This document shows, in pieces, positions 43,405 through 54,500 of a DNA stretch of 64,000 bases. Source of the DNA: Oopsacas minuta (lineage: Eukaryota > Animalia > Porifera); NCBI GenBank assembly GCA_024704765.1, contig JAKMXF010000111.1, forward strand, positions 574,619-638,618, read 5' to 3'. Within the stretch, counting starts at the first letter, position 1. Each line of letters opens with the position of its first letter. The position numbers and the translations under genes are program-made. Under the pieces are notes generated by a model. The model saw only the letters and a list, made by a program, of their open reading frames with translations. It did not search any database and had not been told where the DNA came from.

Positions 43405-46353
43405 ATGGAAACCACAGCCATTATCGTGGATAGCGCTGCACATAAATGCCCTCTGCACTACAGCTATAGCGAAGTGTTACTACGTATTACAGAGCTAGCT
43501 AGCTCTATACATGATTTATTAGCAGATACCCAGCCTGTACATATTGGTGTGTTCTGTGAGAATAGCTTAGAGTTGGTTATATCAATACTAGCTGTATTTT
43601 CAACACAGCATTCCTATGTACCTCTAAATTCACGTAATATCAGTCTGGTTGTTAGCTTGTCTATACCATTAGTAATCGTGAGTATAGAACAGCTGGATGA
43701 GTTCTTATTAACTGATTGTATCAGTCAGTTATCCACTTTTAATACTCAGCTATCACATATTGGTATTGTTATAGTTTATTCATCTATTCCTATACTCAAG
43801 AAAATATCTGATACATCTAACAATCTATCTTTATATGACTTATTTCATAACTCGTTAAAATGTAATTTCTGTCCTCTCTCTACCTCCCTAAACCTATCTG
43901 AGAGGATAGCATATGTCTTACAGACGAGTGGTACTACAGGTTTCCCTAAGCTAATCCGTGTTCCTCACTCCTGTTTAATTCCCAATATTATTGATCTATC
44001 TCGTATCTTCTCTCTCTCTTCTAGTGACGTATGTGTCCTGTCAGCTCCTCCCACATTCGATCCCTCTCTTGTCCAGATCTTTACCTCTTTATGCAGAGGG
44101 TGTACTCTCCTTATTGCCCCTTGTTCTCCATCCGTTATAACTCATCATAACACTACTGTATTACAGAGTACTCCCTCTTTATTCCGTACATACTCTCTAG
44201 ACAGTTGTAGATCTTTACTGGGTGAATCTAGCTGTATACGAGTACTAGCATTTGGGGGAGAGATCTGTCCTCCTCTTTCGTTGCTCAGACACTGGAGGCA
44301 CCCTAACAACCAAACTGAGTTATACAATGTGTATGGAATCACTGAGGTATCGTGTTGGTCTACTTGTCATAAGTTACAACTTGACAACACACCTGTAGAT
44401 AGTAATGTAGATGACGTACCTATTGGACAGGCACTGAGTAACACCCGGGTAGAGCTGAGAATGAGGGAGGGAGTTAATGAAATATGGGTAGGAGGATCTA
44501 ACAGGAGGTGTGAAATAGAGGGCGAGCAGTCAGAGGACATGAGGAACACAGGAGACATAGGTATGACGTCAGATAATGGAGATGTTCTATGTGTAGGCAG
44601 GAGAGATCAGCTGATCAAGAGACTAGGCTGTAGAGTTAGCTTACTTAGTGTAGAGAGAGAATTGAGAAAGATAGGAGAAATAAATAATTGTATAGTTATG
44701 CGGGATAGTGATGTTATAGTAGCTTATATAGAGATTAGTGCTAGTAGTGAGTTAATGGATGTTAGACGGAAAATTCAAACGAATATTATTTCAAAATTCC
44801 GTCCTGATGTGATTAGAAACTTATCTCATATTCCATTGACTACTCATGGTAAGCTAGATATCTCCTCTCTCACATCTCTCTCATTTGATCGCCTATACAC
44901 AGATCTATCAACAGGTGTAAGTAAGTTCTTAGAGACAGAGTTGTCTCTGTTGTCCATTACCCCCTGTCCCACCCCCTTGTCAGAGCTAGGGGTAGATTCA
45001 TTCGAGTTGGTAGGTATTATCAACAGATTACAGGATCTGCTAACTCAGGACTATAGTATTAATATAAATGACGTATTTGACAGTTTTTATGATTTCCTAT
45101 CTTCACATCCTTCAGAAGATCTTACTACTACAATTATACAAACAATAGAAGAATACACTACATGTGTACCCTCTTCAAAACGTATACGTATTGATTCTAC
45201 TAATAACCCTACTTTTATCGAAACACAATCTTCTCCATTTATTTATATCCGTAGAGGAACTGTCTCGTGTTCCCTTGATACCCTCCCTCCCCCTCTACTA
45301 TCCCCTCCTACTCCTGTATCAATAATTCTAGGTTGGAATTATGTTACAGGGCGGTGTGTAGACTGCTCCCCTCTTCTCTGCTACCATACTGTCTCTCTAG
45401 AACTAACAGTATTCACAGGGTCACATTCTGCCCTCTTCTCAGCAGTTAGAGTATCAGATGGCCTCTGTCTATGGACCAGACAGCTGGATGATAGAATAGA
45501 ATCTAGTGCTGTACTCTCTCAGTGTGGTTGCTATCTAATAGTAGGTACATACAGTGGTAAGGTATGGGTGCTTGAGAGAGAGGGAGGAAAGATACATTGG
45601 TTCTTCTCTACAGGACCTGAGCCAGTTAAGAGTTCTCCTTGTGTAGATATATCTACAGGATTAGTATGGATAGGTACACATAATCATACTCTAGTAGCAC
45701 TCAGTGTTACTCAGAAGAGATGTGTATTCTCTATCAATACAGATAGTGGATCATGTTATTCCTCCTCCTTATCAGACCCCAGTATGAGAGCTGTGTATGT
45801 AGGGACACATGGAGGTGATCTATTATGTGTATCGGGTATAACTGGGTGTGTAGAATGGAGGAGGAGCTTAAAAAGCGCTATATTCTCATCCCCCTGTCTC
45901 CTCCCTGATCACAGTATTGTAGTTGGTACAGTAGATAATAATGTGTATTGTGTAAGTAGAGATAATGCTGTAATGTGGATATATGATACGAATAGTCCCG
46001 TGTTCTCTAGTCCATGTATTTTGTATTATAGCCAGGGTACCAATATTCTGATAGGTACATATGATAAACGGATTGTATGTCTAAATACTTCAGGTAATGT
46101 TGAGTGGGAAACTAGTGTTGAATCTGAAATGTTTAGCATTCCATTTGTGTTACCCAGCAACCATTCTAAGAAAATTGGTCTTATCGCTGCTGCATTAAAT
46201 AATGGAACAATTCTTCTGTTAGATTTCACAGGTTTACAACTCTGTAGCTACAAGCTACCAGCTGAGGTGTACTCCTCTCCTGTATTAGTAGGTGATCAGC
46301 TGTTTGTAGGGTGTAGGGATAATAACCTGTATTGTCTCAAAATCCTAGTGTGA
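43405..46353 (+). CDS. AASDH: Beta-alanine-activating enzyme (A domain + carrier domain + PQQ-like propeller), intronless
   Basis: AYVLQTSGTTGFPK, YNVYGITEVSCW, TGDIG..GRRDQLIKRLG, carrier ELGVDSF, and propeller repeats (RIESS, PVKSSP, IFSSP, VYSSP). Confidence 0.92.
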   Translation: METTAIIVDSAAHKCPLHYSYSEVLLRITELASSIHDLLADTQPVHIGVFCENSLELVISILAVFSTQHSYVPLNSRNISLVVSLSIPLVIVSIEQLDEFLLTDCISQLSTFNTQLSHIGIVIVYSSIPILKKISDTSNNLSLYDLFHNSLKCNFCPLSTSLNLSERIAYVLQTSGTTGFPKLIRVPHSCLIPNIIDLSRIFSLSSSDVCVLSAPPTFDPSLVQIFTSLCRGCTLLIAPCSPSVITHHNTTVLQSTPSLFRTYSLDSCRSLLGESSCIRVLAFGGEICPPLSLLRHWRHPNNQTELYNVYGITEVSCWSTCHKLQLDNTPVDSNVDDVPIGQALSNTRVELRMREGVNEIWVGGSNRRCEIEGEQSEDMRNTGDIGMTSDNGDVLCVGRRDQLIKRLGCRVSLLSVERELRKIGEINNCIVMRDSDVIVAYIEISASSELMDVRRKIQTNIISKFRPDVIRNLSHIPLTTHGKLDISSLTSLSFDRLYTDLSTGVSKFLETELSLLSITPCPTPLSELGVDSFELVGIINRLQDLLTQDYSININDVFDSFYDFLSSHPSEDLTTTIIQTIEEYTTCVPSSKRIRIDSTNNPTFIETQSSPFIYIRRGTVSCSLDTLPPPLLSPPTPVSIILGWNYVTGRCVDCSPLLCYHTVSLELTVFTGSHSALFSAVRVSDGLCLWTRQLDDRIESSAVLSQCGCYLIVGTYSGKVWVLEREGGKIHWFFSTGPEPVKSSPCVDISTGLVWIGTHNHTLVALSVTQKRCVFSINTDSGSCYSSSLSDPSMRAVYVGTHGGDLLCVSGITGCVEWRRSLKSAIFSSPCLLPDHSIVVGTVDNNVYCVSRDNAVMWIYDTNSPVFSSPCILYYSQGTNILIGTYDKRIVCLNTSGNVEWETSVESEMFSIPFVLPSNHSKKIGLIAAALNNGTILLLDFTGLQLCSYKLPAEVYSSPVLVGDQLFVGCRDNNLYCLKILV

Positions 46354-46606
46354 TTTATTTGATACTTTTTATCACCCATTAAGATAGTCGTATATGATTA
46401 CAAGATGATGTTGTCTCTCCATTGTTGTTAATGAATTAATAGATACTTTGATTGATTTCCAAACACTATCCATTGTATTGTTTATTCTCAGCTTAGACAC
46501 CATTAATTAAGTCTCAATGCTATAAGAAGAGCTATTTAATATTATAACGAATGTTTAGTCAAATATTTTACTCTAACTAATTATGTTATATCAGCGTCAT
46601 AGTAGA

Positions 46607-49410
46607 ATGAGCACCAACTTCCTGAACCAGATCCGCAAATCTATTTCCAGCCCAAAGTCTAAGAGAAAACTTTCTTTTCAATCTTCTGGGACAAAAGATT
46701 TATTGGACAGATCCGCCTCCCCATTTGGGGTCCGGGTGTTTGGCTCTACCCTCCCTGAAGTGGCCAAAGAGTATCCGACAAAGAACGGGGTCCCTTTCAT
46801 AGTTTGTAGAATAGCAGAGTACCTCACTGAACACGGACTTGATCAGGAGGGATTATTCAGGAAGAATGGGAATATTAGAGTTATGGACAATCTCAGGTGA
46901 ATATTGGTAAATTCAAAATTAACTTGTATCCATTTGAAATAATTGGTATTTTTAGATACAAATTTGAATCGGATGGAGATGCTGACTTAGAGGCAGCTAA
47001 TGACGTATTCGCAGCAGCCTCGTTGATGAAACAATTCTTCAGAGAGTTGAGAGAACCCCTAATATCTGACGAATTAATCGACCAAATGATTCGCGTCAAA
47101 CAAGAGTTCGATTTTGATTCTCCTGGTTTTATCAAACAACTACATCCGATACTTGATGAACTACAGTTAGTCAATTATATAACGCTAAAGTATGTAGTAC
47201 AGTTTCTATTGCGTGTATCAGTCCATGAGTCAAGTAACAAGATGAGTATCCTATCCCTTGCTATTGTATTTGGTCCTAGCCTATTCAGGTCTGCACCAGG
47301 GATGGTTGGCTTGAAAGAACAAGGAATTATTACTCCAATCTTGATAAAGTTTATACAACATTCACATGGCTTATTCAATAGAATACTGACGGACTCTACA
47401 ACTCATAGACTATTGAATACAGCTCAGTTATTAGCAGCACCTGATGCTAAACCCTCTCCTCCTCCTAAACCTAAGAGGAAGCCTTATCTCTTTAACACTT
47501 CTCCGTCCTCTCCAGCATCAGATACCTACTCATCTCCTCAGATTACGCTAAACTTCAGACCGATGGAAGACTCCCCCTCCCTCAGAGAGGTCATGTCTCC
47601 ATGGCAGTGTAGACTCAAGAGTCCTGTTAGTCCCTCTCCTGCCTCTAGTGCTAACTTCAAACAAGATCTACAGATGATTATACGAGAAGCAATAGACCTG
47701 TATATGTGGGGAGACCTGAGTGAAGAGGAGGAGGGCTTGAGAGGAGAAGAGGGGGGAGAAACACCTCGTACACACAAGTCAGATCAGAGACTGAGTGTCA
47801 AATCTCTAGTTTCTCAATTTGAGGATTCTTCCGTAGTATATGGTACAGCCTTTAGGATATCTGACATATCTAATGCTAGTACTACTACTACTCTCAAACA
47901 TTCTACTTCTAACTATGATATACATTTATTGACACGTCATGGAGAGACAGCTACAGACGAGGAGTTATACATACCAGCTGATAATCTAGAATTCTTAACG
48001 CTAGATAGACCGAGAGGACCTTCTTCTAGGAAAGTTCCCTCTAGAGAGGGACGTTCACGATCTGCTTCTAATGACCTATCAAATTCCGAGCTAGACAGCT
48101 TCTTTGGGGTAGATACGACAGGCAACACGACCACTTCACACCTTACACAACTCAGTCAGCTGAGCACAAATACTCCAAACACCTCACAACCTATTACTGA
48201 TAAATCGGGTTATACACAATATGCTAGTGTAGAAACTAACAAGTCATCTGCTCATGGTAAACTGGTGGAAGAGCTGAGAGAAGTGAAGAGAGAGATACGC
48301 CGATTCCAATTAGAATTCAGACAGAAGAACGGACGTAAACCTACCTTACAAGAGAAGGAGTGTATCCGTCCTGTGGTAATGAGGTACGGAGAGATTAAGA
48401 ATCAGCTGGGAGAGGGGCATGATGGTACTCTGGAGACCACCATGTCCCCCATGAGTCCCAGACACGTGTTAAAAGGAAGCAAAGGGAGTCAAGTCTATGA
48501 AATTAATGACACAATAGCTAGTGATAGTAGTGAGACAGGTTGGAAGTATAAAATAGAAATGAATACAATAGCTAATACACTACAGGAGAAGAGAAGCCAA
48601 TCTGCCAGACCCTCACAAATACATGCTATGAGCTTTGAACAGCTGAAACAGGAGAAGCGTGACCTCCAGAAGGCCTTACTCGTGTACGAGGGGAAATATG
48701 GACGACCTCAGGGTGAGGCAGTTATTGTTATGAGACCACTTTACGACAGATACAGAGCTATAAAACAGTTTCTACACAAACACCCAGATGGACGGTTAAA
48801 CCCGTTAAAATCTGGTTGTGCTTCTCTACAGTCTCTGAATTCATTGCATCAGACAGAAAACACTCTAAGCACTATATACGCCTCTCTGGGGTCTGTGTAC
48901 CCCCCTGAAACCAGTACAGCTGTTCTACTTAACAGCGGGAATATGGATAGTTATCAGATACCACAGAATGCCTCGGGTATTAGTATACAATCAAATCCAT
49001 CAGCTGCTAGTCTCATATCTCCTGAACACAAATTCCCTAGTCCCATACAGACTACTCACACCAACTCTCTCAAAGATTTCTCTCTGATTTCATCTCTGCA
49101 TGAGTACAAAGAGTTCCTAGCCTCTGAGAGCAGTCTAAAGCCACAGGACTACTGGCTGTCTTACCATTACATCCGAGCTAGGAAGAAAGATCTGAAACAA
49201 AAACTCCAAGACTTTGAGAAGGAATTTAAAGAAAAGTTCGATCGTAAGCCAAACAAAGTTGACAGAGACCCTATGCTGCTAGACTACAAAGAATATCGAC
49301 TGTTGAAAGATAAAATGTCATTCCTTGAGAGTAACTTTAATGTTAATATTCGAGGACAAGGAGGACAAGGAGGACAAGGAGGACAATTAGAGAATGAATT
49401 GAGTCCATAA
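46607..49410 (+). CDS. FAM13: FAM13-family RhoGAP-domain protein, 2 exons
   Basis: RVFGSTL, GLDQEGLFRKNG, LMKQFFRELREPL, NKMSILSLAIVFGPSLF; intron 46897-46955. C-terminal repeats EFRQKNGRKP, EKRDLQKALLVYEGKYGRP..MRPLYDRYR, LQDFEKEF. Confidence 0.9.
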
Positions 49411-49799
49411 GTACACAGTTAGTATTTTTTTTTGTATCTACGTGAGTGGCGACATTTCAAACGGTGTACATATCCAAGCAAATGTAAATTCCAACACCTC
49501 TTCATATTTAAATGTCAGTGTTGAACGCCACTAGGATATTTCTAATCGTGTCAGCTTACTAGTCATGTATCTCTACGTGTTTGTGTTGTTTTTATGCTTT
49601 CTCTTAATATTGTCAAGTTGATGAAACTCAATTTATGCACATTACTTGTGATTTGAATTTCTCATTACATTATTAGCTTAGTTAATTCAATGTTTAATAC
49701 TCATCCATGGATTGCATATTGACTCTAATGTGAATGAAGTTGTTCTTATGCGAAATATAAAGCAACAATTATGTAACAGCACGAATTATGTCTTTATTG

Positions 49800-49874
49800 C
49801 AGTCGTTCCCAATGTTTTCGCTTCCTGTGTACTCCTGCTGTTCTCCGTGGACTACTAAGGGTTGGGATTCGACG
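49800..49874. mobile_element. 75-bp hAT (Buster-type) MITE
   Basis: ctttattg|CAGTCGTTCCCAA...TCCGTGGACTAC...TTGGGATTCGACG|ctttattg; perfect 8-bp TSD with central TA. Confidence 0.8.
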
Positions 49875-50032
49875 CTTTATTGGGTCATTATAATTTATAA
49901 AGGGGGCTGTATGGCAAGCTAATACCATCAGAAATACGCCCTGGTTATAAGAAATATTTTAACAGTGATGTGCCTTATAATTATAAATAACCAAATGACA
50001 TAGCTAATAACTCACGAATAAAATATCAAAAT

Positions 50033-51352
50033 ATGGACGATAATACCCGTATATATCATATAAAACAGCGTTATGGTAAGAATGAATGGAGCGAGCATTA
50101 CTCTGTATTGAAAGATGGTAAATCGATACAGAAGCGAACAGCTGATGAGCCTCGTAGCAGGAACACTACAACCCTATTCACACGAATCTATGTATCTATA
50201 CTACAAGTTATGCGAGAGGTATTCCTACCAGAAGGATACCCAGATACTGTCAGTAGCGATTATTTAGCTTACCAATTCTGGGATACCCTACAGGCTTTCT
50301 GTTCCTCTATCAATAACATACTCGCTACACAGGGGGTGCTCAAGGGATCTGGGATAGGTGACGTTAAGGCTACTGTTATGGCCGCTACCGTTACATGGTT
50401 ACTAAAGAGTGGCAGTGGAATGTTAGGCAGCATTCTGTTCGCATGGACACGAGGTTCCCATTTAGATTGCTATTGCAAACAATGGCGCTTCTCAGCGGAT
50501 GTTCTCAATGACTTTGCAATATTTGTTGAGATTTTAGCTCCATTAGTTGGACCTGATTATTTCCTATACGTAATGTGTATATCTGCTATTGCTAAGTCAA
50601 TCGTGGGCGTAGCAGGCGGATCGACACGTGCTGCTGTCACGAGCCATCAAGCACGTCATGGTAACATGGCAGATGTCAGTGCTAAGGACGGCAGTCAAGA
50701 GACAGTTGTTAATCTATCTGCACTAGTAATTGGGCTAGTAATGATACCTATAGTCAATGAGAATACAACTACTATATGGTCTCTATACATTGTATTAACG
50801 GCTCTACATCTCTATGCTAACTACAGAGCTGTACGAGCTATTGAAATGGAGTTTGTTAATCTTATTCGTCTACAGATATTAATAAAATTCTACCTAACAT
50901 CAGGGAGAATAAAGTCTATACAAGAAACTAACAGAGAAGAACCCATATGTCTTAATTTCTTTACTAGATCAAATGAGTATGAACTGGGAGCCAAACTAAC
51001 AGCTGATGGATCTAATCAACTGTTTTGTTTAGAGAGAGGATTATTTATTCAGAAGAAACGCGGGAAGATAAGTATAGTACTAGAAGAGAACTTTTCAACA
51101 GTAGCACTGCTGGAAAGTATTTTCTATGCCGAATTATACATATATTTACAATACAAACCGACTAATCTCACTACATTGTCCTGGACACAAGACCCTGAGC
51201 TAAATACTACAGTAATGTATAACGAGTTAAAACCTGGTAGCAAAGACTATATAATGCTATTTCAAGATTTTAACATTAAGTTTAATAAGAGTGATTGGAA
51301 TGCTGACGTCATTAAAGTCAGTACAACTCCATGGAGATACGAACAATATTGA
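50033..51352 (+). CDS. RUSF1: RUS1-family (DUF647) protein
   Basis: VFLPEGYPDTVSSDYLAYQFWD, KQWRFSADVLND, GVAGGSTRAAVTSHQA..NMADVSAKDGSQET, HLYANYRAV. Confidence 0.93.
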   Translation: MDDNTRIYHIKQRYGKNEWSEHYSVLKDGKSIQKRTADEPRSRNTTTLFTRIYVSILQVMREVFLPEGYPDTVSSDYLAYQFWDTLQAFCSSINNILATQGVLKGSGIGDVKATVMAATVTWLLKSGSGMLGSILFAWTRGSHLDCYCKQWRFSADVLNDFAIFVEILAPLVGPDYFLYVMCISAIAKSIVGVAGGSTRAAVTSHQARHGNMADVSAKDGSQETVVNLSALVIGLVMIPIVNENTTTIWSLYIVLTALHLYANYRAVRAIEMEFVNLIRLQILIKFYLTSGRIKSIQETNREEPICLNFFTRSNEYELGAKLTADGSNQLFCLERGLFIQKKRGKISIVLEENFSTVALLESIFYAELYIYLQYKPTNLTTLSWTQDPELNTTVMYNELKPGSKDYIMLFQDFNIKFNKSDWNADVIKVSTTPWRYEQY

Positions 51353-51529
51353 TATCTTATTTATTGTGATATATATTTATGACATACCAAAGCCATTGCT
51401 ATTGATACTATTAATTGAGTTGTTCTAACAAGCAAAAAGGTCTGAGTAACTTAAAATATACACTAAAACTACACAAATCCTCTAAAATACACACGAAAAT
51501 ATAGATTATATGCTTTGGTGGGGGCTATG

Positions 51530-54500
51530 CTATGGTGAAGCTTGAAAGTTCAATTCTTCCTCCTGTTCTTGTATTTTTCTCTTCTTCCTCTCATCTTCAT
51601 ACTCTGCATACTTAGCAAGATATTTCTCCCTGTACAGCTGATCTTTAATCTCAGCAGGAATGTCAGGTACAAGGAAGGCCACGAGAACAACAGTAGCGAA
51701 TATAATATGCTAGAATGATACAGTAATTATTAAATGATGTTACTTTTGTATGTGAATATATTCGCATTAACTAAACTAACAAACCTCGAATACAACTGTG
51801 AATAAGAGACGGACCATCATAGTCCTATAGTATATAATCTGCTCAGTTTGATCAGCATAAGGATTCAGCTGGTAGGTAGGTCTATATCTACATTCTATTT
51901 GTCTGTTAATTATGTTAACATTACAACCGTCGTAATACTCTCCAGGTATAAAATTAGGTGACCCAGCCATTAGCTTAGTAGGTTCTGTAGCTAATCCATT
52001 CCTAGGACTATCCTCATCTAATCTACCGTTAGTATCAATCTTATAATAAATTCCTGAAGCGAGAGAGAATCTATCTCCTTGAGAGAACATGTTTTGTCTG
52101 TCTAGAGCGTTACAGCAGCTAGTTGAGTTTTGTAAGAGTCCTGTTGTGTTTAAATACCTTCTCGCCACCATAGCGTTAGTGTTGTTATCCGCACTATTTA
52201 CACAACAATGTTGAACCCCTATAACAATAAATATTCTAAACAGCTTCTAGTAAATATAATTATATTTCTTACCATCGTTCAAACACGATCCATTCCTAAA
52301 ACCAGAATTCTGTCCCGCATTAGCTGGAATGGTAGTTTGATTCCTTAGATATTCACAACATGTTGTCAGAGAATTTTTTGTACTAATTGTAGCGTTCACT
52401 TCTACGAATCTATCACACCCGTTCGTGCAATAGTATGATGTTTGGTCAAAGTAAGGCTTATACAGAGGAGTAGATTCATCATTCAGAATTACACTAGATA
52501 ATTACATATATCATATACAGTGGATGCCGGTTAGAAAACGGTTGTGATATAATCCTGTATATTTTGTGCCGGTTATAAGCAGGTTACATGTACTGCAAGT
52601 CCCAAGGGGTTCTTATAACCGGCATCTAGTGTACTAATAAATTTAATAAAGACTTACTTGATGCTTCTTGAAGAAAATTCAGGAAAATCTTCTGTCAAGA
52701 TGAAGTTATGAATAGGAATCCTATTCAAGGTTACATTTAAGAATCCATTGAGTCCATTCACGCCCATGCTAGTCTCACCTTGGTAGAGAATCCTGTCGAT
52801 GAAGCCACCAGTGAATGGTATTAGAAATGCCTAGAAATATTCAAATGAACCTGATAGCTATATACGTATATGGATTATATACTCACATTTGTAACAACTG
52901 CTATCTTGGATATTATATCCAGAATGCTGTACCAGGGCCCGATGTCCTGAGACTTAAGAGCAAGCGGTCTCCTTGTTAGGATACAGAATTTAGAAGCATC
53001 TATTCTAATCTCGAAATAGTTATTGAAGAGAGCGAAGAAAGGTGCCAGTGGGAAGGCTGCTGCAAATATTGTAACGAATCCAAATTGTATAACTAAAATG
53101 AAACAAATTTCATAAATTACATCCAATTTTATTATATTTAATACGAACCTAATTCGAGATACTCCCAAAATAGCCCGTGATCTCTCTCTGGAGCTAACTG
53201 GTAGTCTCTCCCCCAAGGGGTAGTAGCCGCCAGTTTCTTTCTGATCCCCTCTTGATCCTTATCTTCTCCTGGAACTGTGCTCCTCTTAGAAAGATACAGT
53301 TTAATGTATTTGATCACGATTTTAATAAGTGGGATGCCTAGCTCCACGAAATTGTTAAGTGTTTGCTTCAATATGAATATTGTTATAAGTTGTATAGTGA
53401 GTTCTAGCAAGCATCCATAAGCAGCACACTACTCAAAGAAGAGTATATAGCTAACAAATTTACTTATAGATATAAAGTCTCACCTGTTCCAATCCTCTCC
53501 ACTCGCCATAATCTCTTCCTGGGAAATGTACAAGTATACGCCCTTTGAAGAAAGCAATGTAGAACAAACTTGAGTAGAAGTTAACAAATTGAAACAGATA
53601 CATTTTGACTGTGAATGAATCCTCATGTTCTGACTGTGTTCTATGCAGTTCCCAAGCTGTTAAGAAGACAGCAATTTTCTCGTATACCTTGTTCATAATG
53701 AAGATAAATATCAACTGAATGAGAGCGCCACTTGTTGAAACTAACAAACCACCAAAAATACTGAGAAACTGACTGAGTGCGGTCAAGTTTTCGCTTGAAG
53801 CTCTTGAGGTAGCCGCAGCAATGAGAGGACTTACAGCTGCTCGATAGAATATAACTCCTACTACTATAGCTACTACTACGGCAACTAGTGTACCCAGAGC
53901 GGTAAGGGTTGCAGCAAACTTAGCTTTTATTTTATAATCTTCTTGAAAGAACTCAATTGTCTAGAAATACAATCAACCTTAAATTTCTGCAGACCCCATG
54001 AATTATACTGTAATTACCTTTGTGATAGGATTTTCATAGCGGATCTTATCCTTCCTTTGGTTGTCCTTAGCTTTTTCCCAGACACGTCTCATCTTAGTCT
54101 CAAACTCTGGCCTCACAGTTTCCTCTACAACCTCATACTCTAGCACGTCCCATTCGTACTGCAGATAGAATTGCTGTCTTTTCCAGAATTCCAGGAAGAA
54201 CACGGCCCATAATGACATTGCTATAGCAAATACTACAGTACCCCAATAGTCGAACATTAGAGAGAACTATAAATTATATCGTTATTATATGCTAATTATA
54301 CTAATACTGTTGCTGTTGGGTACGGTACTTACCCTGTATGAGATACAAGAAGACGCTAAGCTGGTGAAATCACAAGCCTGTGCACATCTGGGACACATGT
54401 AGAATAGTTTCCGTTCATTCCAGTTTGTCACATTACACACTTCTTCTCTACAGCAACAGTATAAATATAGTTATCCGTGATGTGTGACGTAACGAACTTA

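Noticed and set aside
49351-49388. (GGAGGACAA)3 repeat encoding GQGGQGGQGGQ
   Set aside because: Trivial slippage in the FAM13 tail.
49447-49497. CTYPSKCKFQH resembling a CCCH zinc finger
   Set aside because: The first Cys is missing, there is no start or clear splice context, and the frame is short.
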